Shown: one piece after another, positions 1 to 8,948 of the stretch
Layout of the letters: every line of letters begins with the position of its first letter
Numbering within the stretch: position 1 is the first letter of the stretch
Source of the DNA: an uncultured Mucilaginibacter sp.
GTDB lineage: Bacteria > Bacteroidota > Bacteroidia > Sphingobacteriales > Sphingobacteriaceae
Length of the DNA: 61,874 bases
Reading direction: 5' to 3'
Assembly (NCBI RefSeq): GCF_903913935.1
Contig: NZ_CAIWNH010000485.1
Span: 1 to 61,874, forward strand
Made by a program: the position numbers and the translations under genes
Notes under the pieces: generated by a model
Seen by the model: only the letters and a program-made list of their open reading frames with translations
What the model was told of the DNA's origin: nothing
Databases searched by the model: none

Positions 1-2597
1 TAGTTTTTATTGTTATTACAGTAATAGGCTGATAAATTGTTGATGGTTGACGGGGTATTGATGGTTATCGTTTCGGTTGCCTGGTTATTGGCGCTTATCG
101 GGTCACTGCCAAGGTTGGTTGAAGCTGTTATGGTGTAAACGGCACCGGCAACAGCGGTAAAGCTGCCGCTCAGGGTAAATGCTTCCTGATCCTGCGGTTG
201 CAGCGTTGCGCTGTAGGTTTGGGTTAATGTAGTTACCGTTTGACCGGGACCTGTAATCACCACCTTTACAGGAACATTGCTGATAGGTTTACTCCCATAA
301 TTTTTGATCATCACTGTAATTTGCGGGTTGCCCGGACACGTGCCCGTAGTATCCGGGTTCACAATTGAAAGAATACCGGCGTCAGTAGTTGTTTGTAAAA
401 ACTGCACGCGGTAGTCCTGCGTTTCGCCTTTGGCATAGTTTCCACATTGCTTAATGGTTGATGTATCGCTGGTTTCGGTCAGCACAACACGTAGCAGACT
501 ATAATTTCCCGGAATAACGGTAGCGGGAACTGTAATATTGGTACTGTATGTCCCGGTTCCGTTGATGATCCCTGTGGTAGCAACCAGCTCTTCTCCATCA
601 AAAACACCATTACCATTCCAGTCGATATATATTTTAGCCGCTTTATTAAAATTACCACCACAGGTGCCCAATGTTATATTGAAAGGATATGTTTTTCCCT
701 GCTCCAGTTGAATGGTTTGATCGGTATGATCTAAGTAAGTAGTGCAACCTGCGGGCGCTAGATAATTAAGGTTAGCAAGTGACAGGCTATTCACCTTTGA
801 ATCGGCATTGGATAACGGCCCTGATAAACAGTAAGCGTGGCCCCCGCAACCTGTTACGATCAATGAATAATCCTGTAGTCCACCTTTTAACGTGCCTTTG
901 TGAGTTACCGTAATGGTATAAGCTTTCCCGGGCACTGTTCCGGGGATAAAAACCTGTTCAACATTATCCAGAATATTATCACCCGTTTTTGCAGCCGAGG
1001 AGGGGTTATTAGGGTCGAGTATCCATGGATAAAAGGTAGTTGAACCATCAGTTATGCGGATATCGAGGTCATTCACCAATTTGGGGATACGGCTGTTAAC
1101 TACCCCATCCGCATTGGCCTGTCCTGCCGGATCGGTCCATGAAATAGTTGCTGACAAAGGGCCGCTTCCTGCAGCAACAACGCTATAGGATTGGGTTTGC
1201 CCCTGCTGCAGTGTTGCTTCAGTCACCAGGCTTCCTGATCCGTTATCTGTTAACGCCTGCGCTGCTTTCTTCATATCCAGCAGTCCCCATCCATAAATAT
1301 AATCAGGTCCGGTATTACCGGCATCATAGGCCGTATGGCATGCAATGCCTTTCAGTGTCGCTGCCCGCATGAAGGTGCCATTGTGTTTTTGGGCATAATA
1401 TTCCTGCAAAAGGTATAACGAGCCGGTAACATTGGGTGCAGCCATGGAGGTGCCTGACAAGGTAATGTAAGTGTTTGAACTGGCTGCTCCGGCAGAAGTT
1501 ACGTCAACCCCATCGGCAACGATATCAGGCTTTACCCGTCCATCATCCGTTGGCCCCCAGCTGCTGAAATAGGCGATAGAAATATTGTTGCTGCTTGCCG
1601 GGCCATTGGGTAAAGGGTTTACCGCGCCTACAGTGAGTATATTTTTTGCATTTCCCGTCGAACTGATCACATCGTAAGCACCATTACTGCTAATAGTTGA
1701 TGGCCTTGGGCCCTTATCGACCAATGTTTGATTATTAACACTTTGATATCCATAATAATCCTGGCCAACATCCGGGCCGGGATAAGCATGTGCATTGCCT
1801 GCTGATTCAACAATTAAATAATAACGTGCATTAAAAGCGATCTGGTCATACTGCATCGTCCGGGTTCCGTAAAATCCGAAGTTATAATCAACTGTATCTC
1901 CCGGTAAACCGTACCATTCCCATCGATTTTGGTCGTTGTTAAAATTCCAGCCGGCTTCGTCGCCGTAGGAATGATTTGACAACAATAAGCCTGACGCTGC
2001 AGCATTCATTTTCGACACGTCGTTATCAAAATAATACGAATGCAGGGTAGCCGCATTAAAAGCCATTCCCTTTGCTGGGGGATATACGCCTTTTGCTATC
2101 ATAGTCCCCGCCACATGGGTAGCATGATCTGCAACAGGTTGTGCATCTTCAAGCGTTATTGTTTTCCCCGCAAACTCCTGGTGAGCTTTATCAACTTCGC
2201 CGCCATCCCAAATGGCTAGTTTATCATTTAAACCTGCGCTCGCGCCTGAAAGGTTCAAGCCCAAAAAACCTCCCGGCTGTACGGTATTTGTTTGGGTGGT
2301 TGCTGCTGCGATAATATTGTCATAAGTAACCAGGTAAACCGGGTAGCCAAGGCTATTTGTGCCTTGCAGTGAAGCCAGTCCCCCATTTTTTGTTTTGATG
2401 GTCACAGGCCATCCATGGGTTTTAGCAAGCGTTATTGCCTTTTGATGATTTACCTGGAATAAATTATTTAAACGCGTAGACGTATCAGCCAACTCCCTGC
2501 TTTTTACATCGGAAACCAATTTGTGCTGACCGAATGTTTCAGATGCTATACACAGCAAAAAAAATGGCATTAAAACTGCTGCGTATAAATTATTCAT
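1..2597 (-). CDS. S8 (subtilisin-family) serine peptidase with GEVED domain; 3' end runs off the window; probable T9SS cargo
   Basis: Not in the ORF track because the stop lies outside the window. Manual translation from ATG 2597 (MNNLYAAVLMPFFLLC...) gives IWDGG (Asp), DHATHVAGTM (His) and LSGTSMAAP (Ser, ~1436-1460), then YIDWNGNG and CGNYAKGETQDYRV (GEVED-like, ~405-640). Confidence 0.9.
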   Translation of the reverse strand, partial: MNNLYAAVLMPFFLLCIASETFGQHKLVSDVKSRELADTSTRLNNLFQVNHQKAITLAKTHGWPVTIKTKNGGLASLQGTNSLGYPVYLVTYDNIIAAATTQTNTVQPGGFLGLNLSGASAGLNDKLAIWDGGEVDKAHQEFAGKTITLEDAQPVADHATHVAGTMIAKGVYPPAKGMAFNAATLHSYYFDNDVSKMNAAASGLLLSNHSYGDEAGWNFNNDQNRWEWYGLPGDTVDYNFGFYGTRTMQYDQIAFNARYYLIVESAGNAHAYPGPDVGQDYYGYQSVNNQTLVDKGPRPSTISSNGAYDVISSTGNAKNILTVGAVNPLPNGPASSNNISIAYFSSWGPTDDGRVKPDIVADGVDVTSAGAASSNTYITLSGTSMAAPNVTGSLYLLQEYYAQKHNGTFMRAATLKGIACHTAYDAGNTGPDYIYGWGLLDMKKAAQALTDNGSGSLVTEATLQQGQTQSYSVVAAGSGPLSATISWTDPAGQANADGVVNSRIPKLVNDLDIRITDGSTTFYPWILDPNNPSSAAKTGDNILDNVEQVFIPGTVPGKAYTITVTHKGTLKGGLQDYSLIVTGCGGHAYCLSGPLSNADSKVNSLSLANLNYLAPAGCTTYLDHTDQTIQLEQGKTYPFNITLGTCGGNFNKAAKIYIDWNGNGVFDGEELVATTGIINGTGTYSTNITVPATVIPGNYSLLRVVLTETSDTSTIKQCGNYAKGETQDYRVQFLQTTTDAGILSIVNPDTTGTCPGNPQITVMIKNYGSKPISNVPVKVVITGPGQTVTTLTQTYSATLQPQDQEAFTLSGSFTAVAGAVYTITASTNLGSDPISANNQATETITINTPSTINNLSAYYCNNNKN

Positions 2598-3111
2598 ACT
2601 GACCAAGGGTGGTTATTATTTAAAATTCTTTGAAGTAAATTAAATTTCAAAATCAAGCTCGGCGACAATATATTATGAATTTGACTATTTCCCTTCATCT
2701 AAATAAAAATATTAAACAGGGCAAACGCTTTATTTTTTATAAATTATTCTTCAAAAGAAAAGTATTTAGTAAAATCACTGTTTCCAAACTTTCCCTGTTG
2801 GTGAACAGGCCGTCGTTTTAACCCGATTAACTACTATCACCCCATTTAAATGAGCCTATTTAATAATTGAGAAAGCATTACGGGTAAAAATGGGGAATTT
2901 AGTCTAAAATATTGGACGGGCGTGAATTTAAATTTTACACACCTCGTTAATCCTTAAGAAACAACTTATATTTTTGATTAACGACAATCTCTATAAAAGA
3001 AATTTTCAAATATTATAGATAGTTTTTTTCATTTTATTCCACACATTTTCATGCATTGAAGGCCCTTAGCACTTTATGGCAGAGATTTTGCCATAAATGG
3101 TTCTATAAATT

Positions 3112-3174
3112 ATTTGTAAATAGAGAATTAATCATCTGGCGTATGCGTGGTAAATTATTTTGGGGGGCTTTAAT
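3112..3174 (+). repeat. 63-bp exact direct repeat, copy 1
   Basis: atttgtaaatagagaattaatcatctggcgtatgcgtggtaaattattttggggggctttaat, identical to 7976-8038. Confidence 0.95.
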
Positions 3175-6100
3175 TTTGGTAACGGCCAATTTGTTTTTAG
3201 CAAACAAAACATTTGCAACCAATTACAAACTCCCGGCGGCGGCTTATGGAGCACAAACCGGTACGGCCACCTATGGCACTGTTTCATCGGTAACCTATAC
3301 TATAACTTATGCTGTCGTTACTTCAACCGGTACCAGTGCCCAGGATAAACTTGCTCTTGCTTGGACCAGTGGGACACCAACAGGCGTAACCTACTCTTTG
3401 ACGACTGTATCTTCAGGCATGGGGCTAACCGGCGGAACAAATGCAGCGGCTAGTTTTTTACCTACGTCTACCGGGACAAAAACAATTACGTTAACCATAA
3501 CAACATCTGCTGCAACACCTGCGTCAACAGCCGGATATGGTTTCACCCTTTCCACTACGGATAATAACGGCGGCGTATCTGGCAGCAGTTCCGGCCTGAC
3601 ATTGGTTGTCGGCACAAAACCTTTAACAGTTACGAGCCCCGTTGCCGCAAACAAAGTTTATAACGGCACCACAGCCGCAACAATTGCCGGAACGCTAAGC
3701 GGCATTGTGTTGCCCGATGTAGTTACCCTTTCCGGCACCGGCACTTTTGCGAGCGCTAACGTTGGTACCAGTATTGTTGTTACACCAACGTGCACGCTAA
3801 CCGGCGCAAATGCGGGTAATTATACATTAACACAGCCTGCTGGTTTGGCGGCCAATATCACGGCGGCGCCCTTAACCATTACTGCAAACAGCGTTTCAAA
3901 AGTTTATGGTACCCTTTTAACGGGGGCGGCAGGATCAACAGCATTTACTTCTACCGGGTTACAAAATGGAGAAACTATTGGCAGTGTAACCATTGCCTAT
4001 GGTACCGGTTCAGCTGCAAACGCCCCGGTAGGCACCAATACCGGTACCGTAACTGCATCAGCCGCAACCGGCGGTACTTTTACAGCCGGAAATTATTCAT
4101 TAACCTATCTAAGCGGGAACATAACAATAACACCAAAAGCAATAACCATGATCGGCGCTGCCGGTGGCAACAAGGTTTATGACGGAACAACACTGAATTC
4201 CGTTACCGGCGGCACATTATCGGGCATTATTTCACCCGATGCGGTAACAATAAACGCTACCTGTACGTTCGCAACAGCAAATGTAGGTAATGGGATAGTG
4301 CTAACTTTTTATATCGGCGGTGCAAATGCCGGGAACTATACACTTACACAGCCAGGCGTAACTGCCAATATAACGCCAAAAGCTTTAACAGAAAGTGGTG
4401 CCGCAGCAACTAACAAGGTATACGACGGAACAACCGTTGCAACGATCACTGGCGGAACGCTTATCGGGGTGGTTTCACCGGATGTGGTAAGTGTAAGCAC
4501 AACCGGAGTTTTCGCAAGCGCAAACGTAGGAACCGGAATTTCCGTAACCATAGCGTTAACGGGTGCAAGTGCCGGTAACTATACCATAACACAACCAGGT
4601 ATAACTGCCAATATTACCCCTAAAGCTTTAACAATTACAGGCATAACCGTCAGTAATAAATCCTATGACGGTACAACAACTGCAACCATATCAGGCACCG
4701 CAGCATTAAGCGGGATTATAGGCAGCGACGTTGTAACACTGGGCGGAACGCCAACTGCCGTATTTACGTCTCAAAACGTTGCTACGGGCATTGCTGTAAC
4801 AGTAACCGGGTATGCGTTAAGCGGAGCAAGGGCCGGTAATTATACCATAACACAGCCCGGCGGGTTAACCGCAAATATTACTGCAGCTACATTAAATATA
4901 GTAGCTACTGGCCCAGCCAAAGTTAATGGAACAGCTCAGGCAAGCCTTTCAGGCGCCGGAAGTGTTGGTTTTTTCAACTATTCAGGAATTGTATCCGGTG
5001 AAAGCATAACCAGCGTAACGTTAACACTAAGCAATACGGCAGCACAAACAGCTGGCTCAACCTATACAGTTACACCCTCGTTACCTGTTGGCGCAGGCGG
5101 ATTTAATATAAGTAACTATTCCCCCACGTACACGGCTTATAACGGTATCGTAGCGGGCCACAATTATACATGGACGGGAGGGGCAAACACAACCTCCTGG
5201 ACTACCACCGGTAACTGGTCATCAAACCCCAGCGGCGGAACGTATCCGGGAGGTTGGGGCGTTACCTACGATGGGGTTATCCTCCCATCAGGCACCACCT
5301 ATACGCCTACTTTATCAGCAGGCGTTACGGTTAATACCCTAACTTTTACCGGTAATAATACGCTTACCATAGCCGCAGGTATTAGTTTAATTTCAACCAA
5401 CTCCTTCATTGTAAATGCAGCCGCTACCAGCGCAAACCTGGTCTTTTCGGGGGCTTCAACTTCTACTATACTTGAGTTAAGCAGCTCTGTGTTTAGCAAC
5501 TATGGGGGCTTTAACATCAGTGGTACAGGCCTCTTCCAGGTTGATAATAACGGTTCGTATATTTATAATGGCGGTACTATAACCGCCAACGGCAATTGCA
5601 CCCTGTACCTGCAGGGCGGCTCCAATGTAACCCATGCGATTACCAATGCAGGGACTTTTTATGCAGGAACTGCCAATTCAAATTGCAACATCGAGATGGA
5701 CGATTATGGATCGATAGAAAATTCGGGGTCCTTTTATGTCGGTCCAACATCCCTGATGTATTATTTTAACGATCAAGCCCAGTTCTGCATCATCAACAAC
5801 GAAAACGGCGGAACTTTTACCCTGCAGTCAAATGCAAATGGTTCGGCAACGATAGGTGAAATCCCGCAGGGAAAAAACAACGCTTTTACCGGAACATTTA
5901 ATGTTGAAAGATATTTTCAGGGTTCAGCCACAGTATCGGCAGGCCGTTTTATTGAGCGCAATTACCGAATCATATCCTCCAGCGTAAACACAGGCACAAC
6001 CTTAAATGGTAATTATGTATATGGATTAAATTACATTGTAGGCGCCACAGCGGGCCAGACAACAACTGCCAACAGCGCCACAAATACTTTCGTTACCGGC

Positions 6101-7876
6101 TGCACCGGGTGCAGCACCAGTGGCGGCAATCCATCTATTTATTTGTATAACGAAAGCTACACCCCAAGCAATCAAACATTTACCAGTGGAAATTTCCTGG
6201 GGATCACCAATATCACCAACTCTACCAGCGGCGGAACTATCACCGCAAGTGATGGCGGCACCTATAGTTTACCGGTAGGTACCGGTGTGTTTTTCTTTTT
6301 CAGGGGCGCAGCAACAAACTGGGCAACCAGGACTGTTTATCCTTATATAGCGCCTGACAATGTTACGCTAACCTCGAAAGGAAACCTGAATGTGGGGTCG
6401 TACACTTTTAAAGACTGGTACACGCCAGCGTCATCAAATTTAGCTTATACCGGTGCAGGTATCGGCACCAATTATGCGGTACGGGGTTTTAATATGATTG
6501 GCAACCCATTTCCCTCCGCCATTGACTGGCTGACATCTTATTCAGGATCAGGAGCTATCGTGCGTACGAACATCAGTCCCACTATTTGGGTATTTAACCC
6601 CGTAACCAGCCAGTACGATACTTACCAGGCAACATCATCAACAACAGGCACCGCTACGGGCAACGCGTCGAGGTATATTGCCAGCGGTCAAGGTTTCGTG
6701 GTACAAGCTACTGCTGCCAGTCCGGCGTTAACGATTTCCGAATATGCTAAAGTAGTATTAAATAATAATGGAGTATCAGGAACAGGTACAGTACCAGCCG
6801 CTGCAAAGCTAACCGGTTCAGGTTTATTAATGAACACTTCTCCTATACAATCAGCCGTACCACAATCCCTTCGTTTAAAACTGGTAACCGATTCAATAAA
6901 TTATGACGATATTTTTGTCGGATTTAATTCATCGACCTCAACTAATTACGATCCCTTTGAAGACAGCAAATTTTTGGCTGGCAACAACGCTCCGGAAAGT
7001 TTAGCAAGCTTTTCATCCGATGGCGTACCACTTTCCATTAATAATTTGCCGCTGCCAAAACTGGCACCACAGGTTATAAAATTATTTGTTACCGCAAAAG
7101 CATATGGTACCTATACCCTTCAACGAACCGATTTGCAGGCTGTACCAAAGATTTATGACATATGGCTAATGGATAAATTCAAAAAAGATTCATTAAATAT
7201 CAGGGTTAATTCAACCTATAGATTTGACATAACTACAGATACGACCAGCTACGGAAACAACCGCTTTCAACTGGTAATAAGGCAAAATCCGGCGTTAGGA
7301 CTTCATTTATTAAATTTTACAGCAAACAAGGTAGAAAACGGTACGCAAGCAGTTTGGGTAACTGAAAACGAAGAGAATTATACCAACTTTACTGTTGAAA
7401 GAAGTACTGACGGAGGAATCACATTTAAAGTATTGGGCGGCTACGCTTCCAGCGCGCTGGGTACTTATACCTTTTTAGATAAAAACCCCGCGAAAGGGGC
7501 AAACCTTTACAGGTTAAAAATAGAAGATATTAACGGAACAGTTTCATATTCAAACGCGGTTACTGTGATGTATGGTAATGGAACGGGCCTGGTTAAAACC
7601 GGGATAGTGGTTTACCCTAACCCGGTAGAAAGCATAGTGAATTTAAATATTGCTCCGGATTTTAACAGCAGCATACTTACACCGGGCACCAGTTCATCAG
7701 TTGCCTACAATATCCAAATAACAAACATATTGGGGTCGGTAGTGACTAATGCGACAACAAATGGCCAAAACTGGCAAACTGACGTAAGCAGCATAATGCC
7801 CGGCACGTATGTTATAACGGTAACAAATACCAGTAATAACACTGCCATCGGACAGGCCACCTTTATAAAGCTCTAG
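3143..7876 (+). CDS. Large T9SS-secreted surface protein with YDG and MBG-type repeats and a type A C-terminal sorting domain
   Basis: ATG 3143 (MRGKLFWGALIL..., signal-peptide-like) preferred over TTG 3056. Four NKxY(D/N)GTT...NYT(L/I)TQP repeats, an MBG-like APLTITANSVSKVYG unit, and a C-terminal VYPNP...GTYVITV...FIKL CTD. Confidence 0.88.
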   Translation: MRGKLFWGALILVTANLFLANKTFATNYKLPAAAYGAQTGTATYGTVSSVTYTITYAVVTSTGTSAQDKLALAWTSGTPTGVTYSLTTVSSGMGLTGGTNAAASFLPTSTGTKTITLTITTSAATPASTAGYGFTLSTTDNNGGVSGSSSGLTLVVGTKPLTVTSPVAANKVYNGTTAATIAGTLSGIVLPDVVTLSGTGTFASANVGTSIVVTPTCTLTGANAGNYTLTQPAGLAANITAAPLTITANSVSKVYGTLLTGAAGSTAFTSTGLQNGETIGSVTIAYGTGSAANAPVGTNTGTVTASAATGGTFTAGNYSLTYLSGNITITPKAITMIGAAGGNKVYDGTTLNSVTGGTLSGIISPDAVTINATCTFATANVGNGIVLTFYIGGANAGNYTLTQPGVTANITPKALTESGAAATNKVYDGTTVATITGGTLIGVVSPDVVSVSTTGVFASANVGTGISVTIALTGASAGNYTITQPGITANITPKALTITGITVSNKSYDGTTTATISGTAALSGIIGSDVVTLGGTPTAVFTSQNVATGIAVTVTGYALSGARAGNYTITQPGGLTANITAATLNIVATGPAKVNGTAQASLSGAGSVGFFNYSGIVSGESITSVTLTLSNTAAQTAGSTYTVTPSLPVGAGGFNISNYSPTYTAYNGIVAGHNYTWTGGANTTSWTTTGNWSSNPSGGTYPGGWGVTYDGVILPSGTTYTPTLSAGVTVNTLTFTGNNTLTIAAGISLISTNSFIVNAAATSANLVFSGASTSTILELSSSVFSNYGGFNISGTGLFQVDNNGSYIYNGGTITANGNCTLYLQGGSNVTHAITNAGTFYAGTANSNCNIEMDDYGSIENSGSFYVGPTSLMYYFNDQAQFCIINNENGGTFTLQSNANGSATIGEIPQGKNNAFTGTFNVERYFQGSATVSAGRFIERNYRIISSSVNTGTTLNGNYVYGLNYIVGATAGQTTTANSATNTFVTGCTGCSTSGGNPSIYLYNESYTPSNQTFTSGNFLGITNITNSTSGGTITASDGGTYSLPVGTGVFFFFRGAATNWATRTVYPYIAPDNVTLTSKGNLNVGSYTFKDWYTPASSNLAYTGAGIGTNYAVRGFNMIGNPFPSAIDWLTSYSGSGAIVRTNISPTIWVFNPVTSQYDTYQATSSTTGTATGNASRYIASGQGFVVQATAASPALTISEYAKVVLNNNGVSGTGTVPAAAKLTGSGLLMNTSPIQSAVPQSLRLKLVTDSINYDDIFVGFNSSTSTNYDPFEDSKFLAGNNAPESLASFSSDGVPLSINNLPLPKLAPQVIKLFVTAKAYGTYTLQRTDLQAVPKIYDIWLMDKFKKDSLNIRVNSTYRFDITTDTTSYGNNRFQLVIRQNPALGLHLLNFTANKVENGTQAVWVTENEENYTNFTVERSTDGGITFKVLGGYASSALGTYTFLDKNPAKGANLYRLKIEDINGTVSYSNAVTVMYGNGTGLVKTGIVVYPNPVESIVNLNIAPDFNSSILTPGTSSSVAYNIQITNILGSVVTNATTNGQNWQTDVSSIMPGTYVITVTNTSNNTAIGQATFIKL

Positions 7877-7972
7877 CAATTTTAAAGCAATACCGGTATG
7901 TAAGTATTTTCATCGAAATATATCAATTTGAAATATAGGTGTTAATTTTGATAAATATTTTGCGGGAAATTG

Positions 7973-7980
7973 TACATTTG
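7973..7980 (+). promoter_or_regulatory. Bacteroidota sigma-A -7 element (TACATTTG)
   Basis: Matches TAnnTTTG, 26 nt upstream of ATG 8007. Confidence 0.55.
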
Positions 7981-8038
7981 TAAATAGAGAATTAATCATC
8001 TGGCGTATGCGTGGTAAATTATTTTGGGGGGCTTTAAT
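7976..8038 (+). repeat. 63-bp exact direct repeat, copy 2
   Basis: Identical to 3112-3174; includes the 5' UTR, start codon and first ~10 codons. Confidence 0.95.
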
Positions 8039-8228
8039 ATTATTTATTCTAAATTCATCTATTCTTTTTGCACAGCCCGGCGAACCTTGCGGAGGAACTG
8101 ACCCCGACGCAACGTGCCCGCTTGATACCTGGATTATCGTTTTAGCTATAATTGCGGTAATTTCTGCAGCATATCATTTGCACCGTAAACAAAAATCCCC
8201 TTTGCCTGCAGCAAAAGGGATTAAATAA
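8007..8228 (+). CDS. Small signal-peptide protein with a PID-CTERM-like sorting signal
   Basis: Signal peptide ending LFAQ, short PGEPCGGTDPDATC segment, PLD motif, hydrophobic helix and basic tail (HRKQK). Confidence 0.75.
   Translation: MRGKLFWGALILFILNSSILFAQPGEPCGGTDPDATCPLDTWIIVLAIIAVISAAYHLHRKQKSPLPAAKGIK
8191..8222 (-). terminator. Intrinsic terminator for the DUF4136 gene
   Basis: On the minus strand: aatcccttttgc-tgcag-gcaaaggggatt followed by a T-run; overlaps the 3' end of the 73-aa ORF. Confidence 0.6.
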
Positions 8229-8243
8229 TTGCATCAATAACTT

Positions 8244-8879
8244 TTAAGATTGCCTTACTCCCATTTGTGGGGGCGGAGTTAAATGCAACTGATCCAGTAT
8301 GCCGTTAACTACCTTTGGCAGATCATCAATGTCTTTTTGCGGGTTATGATGAACTTCGCCAACGCCAAATCCTCTCCATACAATTTTACCCGTACGGGTA
8401 TCAATAATATCGATAATCAGTGTACCTTCTTTGTAATGCTCTTTTTCGGCATAGGTTAAACCGCCATAGTATGAAAACGGACCACCGTATGCATAGTATG
8501 GACGATACCATCCGCCCCAACCCCCGCCCCAGCCGAATCCCCAGCCAGGATAAAACCCACCGTAATAAGGGGTATAGTAATTAGTTCGGGCACCACGGCC
8601 GACAATACGTGAATAGGTAACTACCAGGTCGGGATGATTTTGACCTAACTGTAAACCTTTTGCCAGCAGAGCGCCGGTGGCCGCATCCTTTATTTTTACA
8701 TCCGCCGCCTGGTTCACATTGTTCCCCTCGCCTTTTGAAGGTGGCATCCAGGCAAAAGTGCGGTAGCCCCCCATATGTGTTTTATTAATAGCAGCGGTGT
8801 AGTAGTCATAACTGGTACACGCTGAAAAACCCGACAGCAATATAACTGCGAGCCCCAAATAAATTAGTGATCTTTTCAT
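8244..8879 (-). CDS. DUF4136-family lipoprotein
   Basis: Lipobox FSAC, YRTFAW, G/Y/W-rich middle region, EGTLIIDIID...VWRG. Confidence 0.85.
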   Translation of the reverse strand: MKRSLIYLGLAVILLSGFSACTSYDYYTAAINKTHMGGYRTFAWMPPSKGEGNNVNQAADVKIKDAATGALLAKGLQLGQNHPDLVVTYSRIVGRGARTNYYTPYYGGFYPGWGFGWGGGWGGWYRPYYAYGGPFSYYGGLTYAEKEHYKEGTLIIDIIDTRTGKIVWRGFGVGEVHHNPQKDIDDLPKVVNGILDQLHLTPPPQMGVRQS

Positions 8880-8905
8880 GATATTTCTCTCCCGGTATTT
8901 TTATT

Positions 8906-8930
8906 AGACTGACTAATGGTAAAAGGTTTA
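8906..8930 (-). promoter_or_regulatory. Putative ECF-sigma promoter (AACC-N15-GTCT)
   Basis: TAAACCTTTTACCATTAGTCAGTCT upstream of DUF4136; the same spacing recurs at 13084-13108, 14031-14055 and 20918-20942. Confidence 0.55.
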
Positions 8931-8948
8931 ATAACAAAAAAAATAAGT

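Noticed and set aside
2557-2564. A8 tract in the S8 signal-peptide codons as a phase-variation switch
   Set aside because: Short, in frame, encodes ordinary Phe/Leu residues, and common in AT-rich DNA.
3056-3142. TTG-initiated N-terminal extension of the 1606-aa ORF
   Set aside because: ATG 3143 gives a proper signal peptide and matches the start used in the duplicated leader at 8007.
3610-4890. Nucleotide repeats that might be a CRISPR array or DGR template/variable repeats
   Set aside because: They are diverged protein-domain repeats within one ORF; no spacers, cas genes or reverse transcriptase in the window.
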